Assembly (NCBI GenBank): GCA_963803805.1
Contig: CAWDOD010000002.1
Location: forward strand, 1,056,001 to 1,120,000
Source: an uncultured cyanobacterium
GTDB taxonomy: Bacteria > Cyanobacteriota > Cyanobacteriia > Cyanobacteriales > CAWCAG01
DNA: 64,000 nt
Reading direction: 5' to 3'
The notes below the pieces were generated by a model. That model was not told where the DNA came from. It did not search any database and saw nothing but the letters and a program-made list of their open reading frames with translations. Shown here one piece after another: positions 19,827 to 29,900 of this stretch (the stretch's first letter is position 1; each line of letters starts with the position of its first letter). A program made the translations under genes and the position numbers.

Positions 19827-21233
19827 TTATTTGCATAGATCAATTGGTAGTTGTACGAAAAAGCGAGTATCTCCTGGCTGAGAAACAACGCGAATACTCC
19901 CTTTATGCTGTCCTTCGACGATACGACGGACAATATCTAAGCCTAAACCTGTCCCTTTACCTACTTCTTTGGTAGTGAAAAATTGTTCAAAAACTCGCCT
20001 TTCAATATCTGAGGGAATACCTACCCCATCATCGGCAATTTCTACTAAGATGCGATCCCCTTCAGGGCGGGTGCGTATCCAAATAGTTCCTTGACCACCT
20101 GTAGCATCGATAGCATTATCAATCAAGTTCGTCCACACCTGGTTTAATTGGGGAGCATAGGCAAAAATAGGTGGTAAATCGCCATATTCTCGCTTAACTG
20201 TCATACCATATTTAAGTTTATGCTTCAGAATAGTCAAAGTGGTTTCAATTCCTTGATGAATATCTATCTTTTGTAAAGGCGCTTGATCTCTATAGGAATA
20301 ATCCTTCATCGCCTTAATCAATTCAGATATTTTCTCTGTACTCTGTTGAATCTCCTCCAACAAACACATTCCACTCAGGGTTGCTTCTAACCAAGTTAAA
20401 AGATTGCCTAAGCATTTTGAATCAACTTGAGTAGAAATCTCTTCTAGTTTTCCCTTATCTAGTCCTGCATTCACTAAGGTAGGAGCCAATTGCCAACTAT
20501 TTTCTATATTTTGTGTTTCTAACCAGTCTGTTAAAGTATCCTCTGCTTCACTTTTAGCTAAAGGGTCAAGTTGAGGGAGCTTTTTCCCTTCTTCAGTAGC
20601 TTGTTGATACAAGTTAGATAAAAAAGTCAATTGTTCTTTTTCGATGGATTGTTCATGGAGTTTTAATGCCAAAGTTGGTAACTTTTTCAATACTTCCCCT
20701 AAACTACATACACCCCTCGCTATAGCCGCAGCAGGATTATTCAATTCGTGAGCCAAACCAGCAGATAATGTACCAAGGGATATAAGTTTAGCTTGCTGTT
20801 GAGTTACCGATTCGTGAATCTGCGATCGCTCAGTAGATATTTTCAGAAGGCCTCGCAATACCGAAGGACAGAGGGTTAACATTTGCCAAAAAGCATCAGG
20901 TTCAAGTTTATAAAGACAAACCTCCGTAATCGCTTTCCCTGTAGTAGGATAAGGTTCGTCTAATAGGAGAATAAGTTCACCGAAAACCTCTCCTCCTTGA
21001 AGAGTCACAGCATGAACCTCTTGACCTTCAACAGTCCTTGTCCACTCCGTTTCACCTTCTAAAATTATATAAAAACCATCAGAAGAATCTCCTTGTCTAG
21101 CAATATATGCTCCTGGTTGAAGCTTAATTTCTTGACCTTCTTGACTAATGCACTTTAATTGTTCATTATTAAGAGTCTTAAAGATTGGTACTTGGCGCAA
21201 ACTGTCGATTAAATCCATAATATATGGCCTCAA
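19827..21233 (-). CDS. Cyclic-nucleotide-binding-domain histidine kinase, cytoplasmic; start may be ATG 21218
   Basis: cNMP fold (QGD...FYIILEG...GEVFGE), AHELNNPAAA, NQVWTNLIDNAIDA, GKGTGLGL. Confidence 0.9.
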   Translation of the reverse strand: MRPYIMDLIDSLRQVPIFKTLNNEQLKCISQEGQEIKLQPGAYIARQGDSSDGFYIILEGETEWTRTVEGQEVHAVTLQGGEVFGELILLLDEPYPTTGKAITEVCLYKLEPDAFWQMLTLCPSVLRGLLKISTERSQIHESVTQQQAKLISLGTLSAGLAHELNNPAAAIARGVCSLGEVLKKLPTLALKLHEQSIEKEQLTFLSNLYQQATEEGKKLPQLDPLAKSEAEDTLTDWLETQNIENSWQLAPTLVNAGLDKGKLEEISTQVDSKCLGNLLTWLEATLSGMCLLEEIQQSTEKISELIKAMKDYSYRDQAPLQKIDIHQGIETTLTILKHKLKYGMTVKREYGDLPPIFAYAPQLNQVWTNLIDNAIDATGGQGTIWIRTRPEGDRILVEIADDGVGIPSDIERRVFEQFFTTKEVGKGTGLGLDIVRRIVEGQHKGSIRVVSQPGDTRFFVQLPIDLCK

Positions 21234-21252
21234 GCTGTACCAAGGAATATAA

Positions 21253-22362
21253 CTAAAAAGTAATCACACTGCGAATAGACTCTCCTTTGTGCATCAAATC
21301 AAAAGCCTGATTAATTTCTTCTAAAGGCATAACATGGGTGATGAGGTCGTCAATATTAATTTTTCCTTCCATATACCAATCAACTATCTTTGGTACATCT
21401 GTCCGCCCCCTAGCACCCCCAAAAGCTGTTCCCTGCCAGACTCTCCCTGTTACTAATTGAAAGGGACGAGTGCTAATTTCCTCTCCGGCCCCAGCTACAC
21501 CAATAATGGTAGAAACCCCCCATCCTTTGTGACAAGCTTCTAAGGCTTGGCGCATCACTTTGACATTACCAATACACTCAAAAGTATAGTCTGCACCCCC
21601 TTTAGTTAAATCAATGAGATAGGGAACTAAATCTCCTGCCACTTCTTGGGGGTTAACAAAGTGAGTCATACCAAACTTCTCTGCCAAAGGTTGTTTATCA
21701 GGATTAAGATCCACACCAATAATCATATCGGCCCCCACTAACTTAGCCCCTTGGATCACATTCAGACCAATACCCCCTAAGCCAAAGACAATAACCTTAG
21801 CCCCTGGTTCCACCTTGGCTGTATTAATAACAGCACCGATGCCAGTGGTCACACCGCAGCCAATATAACAAACCTTTTCAAAAGGAGCATCTTCCCTAAT
21901 CTTTGCTAGGGAGATTTCTGGTAAAACCGTATAGTTAGCAAAAGTAGAAGTCCCCATGTAATGGTGAATTTTCTCTCCATTTAACGAAAATCTACTTGTA
22001 CCATCAGGCATAACTCCTTTTCCTTGGGTAGCCCGTACAGCCTGACAGAGATTAGTTTTAAAGCTTAAACAATATTCGCATTGGCGACACTCAGGAATGT
22101 AGAGAGGGATAACGTGATCCCCTGGTTTAAGACTAGTTACATTTGGGCCAACTTCCACCACAACCCCCGCCCCTTCATGACCTAAAATTGCGGGAAATAA
22201 ACCTTCTGGATCTGCTCCTGATAGAGTATAAGCATCTGTATGGCAAACTCCAGTAGCTTTAATTTCTACTAATACTTCCCCTTCTTGAGGCGTTGCCAAT
22301 TGAACTTTCTCAATGCTCAATGGTTGTCCTGCCCCAAAAGCTACTGCTGCTTTGACTTCCAT
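21253..22362 (-). CDS. frmA: S-(hydroxymethyl)glutathione dehydrogenase / class III alcohol dehydrogenase
   Basis: [43 protein letters not shown]. Confidence 0.95.
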   Translation of the reverse strand: MEVKAAVAFGAGQPLSIEKVQLATPQEGEVLVEIKATGVCHTDAYTLSGADPEGLFPAILGHEGAGVVVEVGPNVTSLKPGDHVIPLYIPECRQCEYCLSFKTNLCQAVRATQGKGVMPDGTSRFSLNGEKIHHYMGTSTFANYTVLPEISLAKIREDAPFEKVCYIGCGVTTGIGAVINTAKVEPGAKVIVFGLGGIGLNVIQGAKLVGADMIIGVDLNPDKQPLAEKFGMTHFVNPQEVAGDLVPYLIDLTKGGADYTFECIGNVKVMRQALEACHKGWGVSTIIGVAGAGEEISTRPFQLVTGRVWQGTAFGGARGRTDVPKIVDWYMEGKINIDDLITHVMPLEEINQAFDLMHKGESIRSVITF

Positions 22363-22375
22363 ACAATCGTACCTC

Positions 22376-22403
22376 TTATCAATTATCAGTTATCAATTAT
22401 CAG
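22376..22403. repeat. Heptamer tandem repeat TTATCAA/G x4
   Basis: TTATCAA TTATCAG TTATCAA TTATCAG. Confidence 0.8.
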
Positions 22404-22633
22404 TGATCGAGGAAACTTCAGGCTTTAAAACATCTTTTCTGTTTGCCGGCCACTAAGGTTTTAACAACCCATGCAACAAATATCACTATAATTCTTCTTC
22501 TAGCTCAAGAATAGTTCTGGAGTTGAGCCACATTCTCAAACCATACCATAATCGTTTGTGTAGCACCTTCGTAAGGAGAAGACATTATTGACAACTAATC
22601 ATTAAAATATGTAAAACTTTTGGTGTAAAGCGA

Positions 22634-23767
22634 GTGAAAAATATTCCCCCTCTTGATCTGACACGACAGTACGCAACAATTGAAGATGAAGTTAGTGCTG
22701 TCGTTTTTGAAGTACTCAAATCTGGCCGTTATATTGGCGGTACTAATGTCACAGAATTTGAACAAAACTTTGCTGATTATATTGGTGTAACCGAATGTGT
22801 AAGTTGCAATTCCGGTACAGATGCGCTTTATCTTACTTTACAGGCTCTAGGTATTGGTAAAGGGGATGAAGTTATTACAACTCCTTTCACCTTCATTGCT
22901 ACCTCAGAAGTGGTTGCTAACGTAGGAGCAACTCCAGTATTTGTAGATATTGACCCTGTTACCTTTAACCTTAATCTTAATCAGATCGAAGCAGCTATTA
23001 CCAATAAAACTAAAGCCATTATTCCTGTCCACCTTTTTGGACAACCTGTAGATATGGGACAATTAGTAGCTATAGCCGAAGCCCATAATCTCGTGGTTAT
23101 TGAAGATTGCGCCCAAGCTACTGGGGCTGAATGGGATGGGCAGAAAGTTGGTAGCATCGGTCATGTCGGTTGTTTTAGCTTTTTTCCTACAAAAAATTTA
23201 GGTGGTTGCGGCGATGGAGGTGCAATCACAACCAATAATCCTCAACTGGCTGCCGATCTCAAAATGCTCAAAGAACATGGTAGCAGAGTCCGCTACTATC
23301 ACGAAGTTGATGGTGTTAATAGTCGTCTTGATGCTTTGCAGGCAGCTATTTTAAAAATCAAACTCTGTTATCTCGATACTTGGAATCAACAACGTCGTCA
23401 GGTAGCCCAACATTATCATGACTTGCTCAGGAATATACCCAGAATTAAGCCTCCTCAGCAATTACCGGGAGGAAAAGCTGTTTGCAACCAATATACAATT
23501 AGGGTTGTAGGTGAAGAATCACCTCAAGATTCTTCAAAACGTGATCACCTACGTCAAAGTCTTCAAGAACAGGGAATTAGTTCAATGATTTACTATCCTA
23601 TTCCCTTGCACCTCCAACCGGTTTATAAGCATCTTGGCTATCAACCAGGGCGATTTCCAGAAGCTGAACTGGCAGCCAAGGAAGTTCTGTCCTTGCCAAT
23701 GTTCCCTGAACTTACCCTTACTGAACAAAAACAGGTAGTTAACAGCTTAGAAGTTTCCCTTGCATAG
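22634..23767 (+). CDS. DegT/DnrJ/EryC1/StrS PLP-dependent aminotransferase
   Basis: NSGTDAL, EDCAQA, SFFPTKNLG..GDGG, NSRLDALQAA. Confidence 0.92.
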   Translation: MKNIPPLDLTRQYATIEDEVSAVVFEVLKSGRYIGGTNVTEFEQNFADYIGVTECVSCNSGTDALYLTLQALGIGKGDEVITTPFTFIATSEVVANVGATPVFVDIDPVTFNLNLNQIEAAITNKTKAIIPVHLFGQPVDMGQLVAIAEAHNLVVIEDCAQATGAEWDGQKVGSIGHVGCFSFFPTKNLGGCGDGGAITTNNPQLAADLKMLKEHGSRVRYYHEVDGVNSRLDALQAAILKIKLCYLDTWNQQRRQVAQHYHDLLRNIPRIKPPQQLPGGKAVCNQYTIRVVGEESPQDSSKRDHLRQSLQEQGISSMIYYPIPLHLQPVYKHLGYQPGRFPEAELAAKEVLSLPMFPELTLTEQKQVVNSLEVSLA

Positions 23768-23819
23768 AACCTTTTACACTATTTGCAAGTCTAAACTAGA
23801 GACAACTAACTGGTGAGGA

Positions 23820-24410
23820 ATGCTTGTGCCTGTGTTAGCAGACGACCTGGCTACTGCTACGGATAGTGAGTTGGTGCTACGGTGTCAAAGGGGCGATCGC
23901 CATAGTTTCCAAATTTTGTACCGACGCTATCACAAGCGAGTTAGGTCAACGCTTTATCAACTTTGTGGAGCTAGTATTCTTGATGATTTAATGCAAGAGG
24001 TTTTTCTGCGAGTTTGGAAGAGTTTGCCTCAATTGCGACAAGCATCTAACTTTTCTACTTGGCTGTATCGTATTAGCTGGAATGTAGCTTCTGATCAAAG
24101 GCGTAAGTTTGCCCGCACCAAGCAAGAACAATTATGTTCAGAAGACCAGGAAAAAATTATTAGCAGTACTTCTGCCCAAGAAAATACTCCAGATTTAATG
24201 CAGCTATACTACCAAGATTTGGTGCAGCAAGGACTGCAAGCTCTTAAATTCGATCAACGGGTAGTTTTGGTTTTACATGACTTAGAAGATGTTCCCCAAA
24301 AGGAGGTAGCAAAAATTTTAGGCATACCAGTTGGTACAGTTAAATCTCGTCTTTTTCATGCTAGAACTGCTCTGCGGAAATTTCTCCAACAACAAGGAGA
24401 ACAACTATGA
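23820..24410 (+). CDS. ECF sigma factor (Synechocystis SigH-like context)
   Basis: QEVFLRVW...FSTWLYRI region 2, IPVGTVKSRLFHAR region 4; followed by anti-sigma and Spy/CpxP genes. Confidence 0.88.
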   Translation: MLVPVLADDLATATDSELVLRCQRGDRHSFQILYRRYHKRVRSTLYQLCGASILDDLMQEVFLRVWKSLPQLRQASNFSTWLYRISWNVASDQRRKFARTKQEQLCSEDQEKIISSTSAQENTPDLMQLYYQDLVQQGLQALKFDQRVVLVLHDLEDVPQKEVAKILGIPVGTVKSRLFHARTALRKFLQQQGEQL

Positions 24411-24883
24411 GAAAATTCCCCCAAGATAATGACCAGGGCTTAGTGGCATTTTTGCGACAAAATCGTCCTGTTCCTCCGACCGAGTCTTGTGACTTTGAAG
24501 ACAAGTTAATGCAACTAGTAGAGGAAGAAACTAATTCTTCTGATTATGGCCAGACTTCTTCTTTACCTTCAGCAAATTCTCGCTATTATTGGGCTTTTCC
24601 TGGGGTAGTTGCAGCTAGTCTTTTATTTGTTTGGAGCAACTTGCAGACATTAAGTCCTCCTAAAACTGCTGTAGTTGAGGTTGTAGAATTAGAAAGTTTT
24701 TTGGTTAACAGTTGGAATGGTGTGATTGGTGAGGTTGAGCCTCAAAAGGTTAATTATTCTGGAGAAAATAGTTGGCTGCTACTCTCTAACTTAACTGCGG
24801 ATTCTCAACCTTTACCTCAAGTTTATAATTTCCCCCCTAGCCACCCTCAACCCAAATTACATAATGTTCAATATCAAAACTAG
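24407..24883 (+). CDS. Putative anti-sigma factor (single TM)
   Basis: ATGA overlap with the sigma gene; LVAFLRQNRPVPP N-terminus; central hydrophobic segment. Confidence 0.7.
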   Translation: MRKFPQDNDQGLVAFLRQNRPVPPTESCDFEDKLMQLVEEETNSSDYGQTSSLPSANSRYYWAFPGVVAASLLFVWSNLQTLSPPKTAVVEVVELESFLVNSWNGVIGEVEPQKVNYSGENSWLLLSNLTADSQPLPQVYNFPPSHPQPKLHNVQYQN

Positions 24884-24892
24884 GTAAAAGAT

Positions 24893-25393
24893 ATGTCCTG
24901 GCATCGTATTTCTGTGGCAGCAATTTGTTTATTGGCTGTGGGGGGAACTATCGCTTTAGCCGATTCCCTACCGAAAAATCGTTCTTCCCAAATCCTCGCT
25001 CAAAATTCAGAACAACCCCTCGGTCTAGGGCAAGAAAAATCCGAGTTTCTAGAAGAACTTGGTCTTTCAACACAGCAAAAGCAACAGTTGCAAAGAATTC
25101 GTACTGAAGAGCGAGAAGAGATGAGGCGACTGCGGGAATCTTTATATCAAGAAAAGCAAACTTTGGAAAGGATGGCTGTTGGTACTGCATCTGCTGTAGA
25201 AGTTCGGGAGCAATACCAAAAAGTTAGAAATTTACAAATACAAATAGGAGACTTGCATTTTGAAAATATACTGGGTATGCGAGAAGTATTAACTCCCCAA
25301 CAGCGACAAAAGTTTGCAGAGTTAATGGCACAACGCCGCCCAAAGTCCCGTGAGGGTCAAGAAAATCGCCGCTTTTCCCCTAATAGACCTTGA
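24893..25393 (+). CDS. Spy/CpxP family periplasmic chaperone
   Basis: Signal peptide; LSTQQ and LTPQQ LTxxQ motifs. Confidence 0.85.
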   Translation: MSWHRISVAAICLLAVGGTIALADSLPKNRSSQILAQNSEQPLGLGQEKSEFLEELGLSTQQKQQLQRIRTEEREEMRRLRESLYQEKQTLERMAVGTASAVEVREQYQKVRNLQIQIGDLHFENILGMREVLTPQQRQKFAELMAQRRPKSREGQENRRFSPNRP

Positions 25394-25418
25394 AGCTTGT
25401 ATAAATTCAACAACAAAA

Positions 25419-25460
25419 GAGTGTAAGCAATTAGCTTTACTACTCAACTTGCTTACACTC
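25419..25460. terminator. Bidirectional hairpin between convergent genes
   Basis: GAGTGTAAGCAA...TTGCTTACACTC, 12-bp perfect arms. Confidence 0.65.
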
Positions 25461-25483
25461 CAATATTTTGCTTAAGTAAGCTA

Positions 25484-26782
25484 TTATCTAACTCCTGCTT
25501 CTATATTCTCCCCTGACCATTCACCTTTGCTGAGGCGATCGCTGAGTTGCTTTAAAGCTTCAGCAAATTGCGGATCTTCTTTCGTACCTATTCTCGCACG
25601 ATCGCCTTGCAGTTCTTTACGCTGTTCCTCGCTTAACTCAAAAGTGATATCCGGCTCGATGCCCATTTTATTGATATCTCGACCACTAGGGGTTAAGTAC
25701 TTAGCGATAGTTACAGCTAAACCAGAACCATCTCCTAAACCCCGCACGGACTGTACTAAGCCCTTACCAAAGGTTTTTGTTCCAACCAAAATTGCTCGGT
25801 CATTATCTTGTAAGGCTCCGGAGAGGATTTCGCTAGCACTAGCTGAACCTCCGTCTACCAATACAACCAATGGTTTATCTGTTAAAGGACGGTTGGTGGC
25901 TGTCTTACGGTCTACTTCCCCTTGTCTATCAACAGTAGAAACAATAGTTCCTTCTTCTAGCCACATACGAGCAATTTCTATACTTGAGTAGAGCAAACCA
26001 CCAGGATTAGAACGCAAATCAAGGACATACCCTTCTACGTTTTTATTTTCTAAATCCTTAATCGCATCACGCATTTCTTTAGTAGCATTGGCACTAAATT
26101 GAGTAAGACGAATATAGCCAATCTCTCCCACAGGAGACTGTTCAGTTCTCGCTCGCACCGGGTGAATTTCGATTCTAGCCCTAGTTATAGGGTAGTCTTT
26201 GTCTTCTGTCCCTCTTTGAATAGTTAAAACAACTTCAGTTCCGGGCTTGCCACGAATAAGCTTAACAGCTTCGTTGACATCCATCCCTTTAGTATCTTGA
26301 CCATCAATTTCTTTAATAATATCTTTAGCGATAATTCCTGCTTCAAAAGCTGGAGTATCTTCAATAGGAGAAATCACGATCAGCCTATCTGTATCTTCAT
26401 CTTTGGCTATTTGTATGCCTACCCCTGTTAATTCTCCAGAGGTATCAATTTGCATATTCTGAAATTCTTCGGGGTCCATGAAGCGAGTATAGGGATCACC
26501 GAGCTTTTCTAGCATCTCACGGATCGCTTCGTAGGCTTTTTCTTTGCTACTATAATCTTTGTTCAAATACTCGGTGCGGACTTGACGCCAGTCTTCTTGG
26601 TTAAAAGTTGCATCGACGTAATCCCGGTCAATTATTTGCCAAACCTCATCTACTAGATTTTTGGGACTCTCTTGGAAAAAGGCTTGACTTTGAGATAGAT
26701 GAATCCCTGCTCCTGTTACAGCCATAGTCGTCAGCACGACTGCAGTTGCACCGAGAGCTAGACCGCGTTGTGTAATTACCAT
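25484..26782 (-). CDS. ctpC: Carboxyl-terminal processing protease (S41A, PDZ), CtpC-type
   Basis: LGDPYTRF, PDZ GVGIQI, DLRSNPGGLL, SASASEILSGAL, TFGKGLVQ; N-terminus MVITQRGLALGATAV. Confidence 0.8.
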   Translation of the reverse strand: MVITQRGLALGATAVVLTTMAVTGAGIHLSQSQAFFQESPKNLVDEVWQIIDRDYVDATFNQEDWRQVRTEYLNKDYSSKEKAYEAIREMLEKLGDPYTRFMDPEEFQNMQIDTSGELTGVGIQIAKDEDTDRLIVISPIEDTPAFEAGIIAKDIIKEIDGQDTKGMDVNEAVKLIRGKPGTEVVLTIQRGTEDKDYPITRARIEIHPVRARTEQSPVGEIGYIRLTQFSANATKEMRDAIKDLENKNVEGYVLDLRSNPGGLLYSSIEIARMWLEEGTIVSTVDRQGEVDRKTATNRPLTDKPLVVLVDGGSASASEILSGALQDNDRAILVGTKTFGKGLVQSVRGLGDGSGLAVTIAKYLTPSGRDINKMGIEPDITFELSEEQRKELQGDRARIGTKEDPQFAEALKQLSDRLSKGEWSGENIEAGVR

Positions 26783-26920
26783 AAGCCTTCGTTTGAGCTG
26801 GGAATCTTTATTAGGTCAGTATTTAGCTCACTCTAGCACAGGAAACAGAATTTATGCACCCTAAGACTATGCCAGTTTAAGGATCTTCACCCTGACGAAA
26901 ATTGTTGCTTAATTCAGGAA

Positions 26921-29900
26921 CTATTGGCATAAATTTCTGTCACTGTCTCTTACTTGAGGATTGTTTTGCAAATAATTTTTTAACCAATCGCAGCTCAAAT
27001 CCGTCAATGCTTCTATATCTAAGTTCCAGATAATAATTGTGTGGTCTGAAGAACCTGTCGCGATCGCCTTACCATCTTTACTCCAACTCACACTAGTAAC
27101 ACGGTCTTGGTGACCTTCCAAACTGTGTAAGAGAGTATCATCTAGTCGCCAAAGTTGAATTGTTTTATCCCAAGTTGTTGTCGCGATAATTTCCCCTGTA
27201 GGATTAAAACTCAAACGAGCTACGCTATCAGTATGCCCTTTTAGGGTTTTCAGTTTTTCTCCTTCTAGATTCCACAATCTTACAGTATTGTCGTAACCAG
27301 CCGTAGCCAGAATTTGATTTGATTGAGATTCTGGTTTGGTTTGAAATAATTGAGGGGATTGAAACGGGAAATCACCTCGTTGGGCAGGAATCAATTTAAA
27401 GTTGTTAGGGGGAGAAAAACTAGTATCTAAAACCCAACTGTTATTACCTGATAAAGTTTTGACTCTCTGATTAGAAAACTCACCTTCTTGACCAGCTATC
27501 CACAATTTTAGGGTTTTATCATCGCTTCCTGAAGCTAATATTTGGTCATTTGCACTAAAACTGAGACTATTAACTCTTTCTGCGTGTCCTGTTAAAGTAT
27601 TTTGTAACACACCGCTTTGAGCATTCCAGATTTTAATTGTTTTGTCGCGGCCAGCAGAAGCAAGTAGTTGACTATCATTGCTCCAAGCTATGTCTAAAAC
27701 CCAGTCTTCATGTCCTGATAATGTTTTCAATAACTCTCCACTACGGCTCCAGAGTTTAACTGTTTTATCGTGGCTAGCTGATGCAATCAACTCCCCATCT
27801 GGAGAGAAACTAACACTAGAAACAGGTTCTGTATGATCTTCTAGAGTTGCTAATAACTGACCTTCTCTAGTCCATAATTTAACTGTATGATCTTTTCCTG
27901 CAGAAACAATTAACTCCCCATCTGGAGAGAAACTGACATCTTTAACCTCATCAGTATGTCCTCTCAAGATCTGGCGATTGAGTTTACTCCGTCCCCATAG
28001 CTTAATAGTTTTATCATAGCTAGTTGAGGCTAGGGTTTGACCGTCTGGAGAAAAACCAACTCCGGTAACGCCATCGCCATGGCCTTTGAGAGTTTGTAGT
28101 AATTGGCCTTCACGACTCCAAAGCTTTATTTGACTGTCATCACTAGCTGAAGCAACTAACTGGCCATCTGGAGAGAAACTAACAGAAAACACCCAACCTT
28201 CGTGACCCTGCAAAGTATTAATTAATTGGCCATCAATATTCCAAAGTTTGACCGTTTTATCATCACTAACAGAAGCAATTGTCTTACTATCTGGGCTAAA
28301 AGTTAAATGGTTAACTTTCCCAGTATGACCTTGAAGATTTTTTAGTAATTTTCCTTCAATACTCCAGAGTTTAACTAACTGATCTTCCCCAGCCGAAGCA
28401 ATAAACTTACCATCAGGGCTAAAGCTAGCCCAGTTAACAGCACCTACGTGGCCAGAGATGGTTTTTAAAAGTTTACCTTGTAAGTTCCAAAGCTTGATCA
28501 GTCCATCTCCCCCAGCAGTAATTAAATATTGACCATCGTTGCTAAAATCAACACTGTAAACATTATTGCTATGAACAGGAATAGTTAATATTTCTTCGCC
28601 ATCAGGCTGCCAAAGTTTGACTGTTCCATCCCAACTACTAGAAGCCAGCAAACTACCATCGGGGTTAAATACAACGCTAGTTACGCTATCATCATGTCCC
28701 TTGAGAGTTTGCAGTAAACTACCATCAGGATGCCAAATTTTAATCGTCTTATCGCGGCTAGCTGTAGCAATGGTTTGCCCGTCACTATTAAAACTAATGT
28801 CCCAGACTACATCATCATGGCCTTCAAGGCGATTGCTCTCAATTACGCCATAAACTGCTTGCTCTAAAGCCGTTATGACTTTCAATTTAGTATCAGATTT
28901 GATTGTTACCCCTTTTTCTTTGTTTTTGAGGCGATGAGCTGCTCTTAAGCCTTCTAAAAGGGCATCAAAGGGTTTACTGGAAACAAATAATGTTTCTGAA
29001 GAAGCGCTCAAAGCATTTAATTCCGCATTAAAAGAGAGATTATAAGCTACTTTTCTTTCTACCTCAGCTCGCCACCCAAAAGCTCCTGCAGCTATTGCTA
29101 AGATGGCCATTGTTGCGCCAATAGCAATAGCTTGTAGTCGCTGTTGTCGCACACGGGATATTTCTAATTGATTCCTTTTCAGGCGTGCTTCAATAACCTG
29201 CTGTACTCGTCGTTTATACTTGTTGCGAATAGTGGGAACAAGATAGTCATGAACAATTTGGTAACGGTCTTCTGGCTCTTCTCTAACCCGAAATACTAAT
29301 CCAGAATCAACAAGAATATTTAAAATTAAATTAAGCTGACTGCCAGTCACTAGCTCTTTATCTTTACTACGCCGTCTCTTTTCACTTAGTCCTGATTCTG
29401 GTGAGTTGACCAGTTCTGCTTTTGTTTTGAGAGGTCTAGTTCCTCTTTCATTGGTTAAAGAAAACAAAATCTGCCAGACAGCATCTTCATTTTGTTGACC
29501 ACAATCGCTAATTACTGCTTGTAGAGAATGTCCTACCAAAATTGTTTTGGGATTAGGGCCCAACTGGCGATATTTTTGTAGAGTAGCAATTTTTTCTGCT
29601 TGTAGTTGCGCTCCCACTACTTGTAGCTCTACTGGACGCACTGTTCCCCTAGCAAGGGCTAGATCCTGAGCTAAAACTTTAATTAAAGAATCCTCTAACT
29701 GAAACTGGGACTGAGCAGTAAGAGTTTTAATCATGTTTAGGGCTTCTTCATGGCTTAACTCTCCTAAGTGGTAACGAGTTTGCCGAGTCAGAATATTATT
29801 ATCAATAACATCTAAATCTCCTAAACGTTCCCAATGCAAAAGATGATGTAAGTAATCTTCCCTTAAAGAAAGGACAACTTTGACATAAGGAATATTCAGA

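Noticed and set aside
27000-28830. Regularly spaced ~123-bp repeats
   Set aside because: These are coding WD40 repeats, not a CRISPR array; no CRISPR array or cas operon was seen in the window
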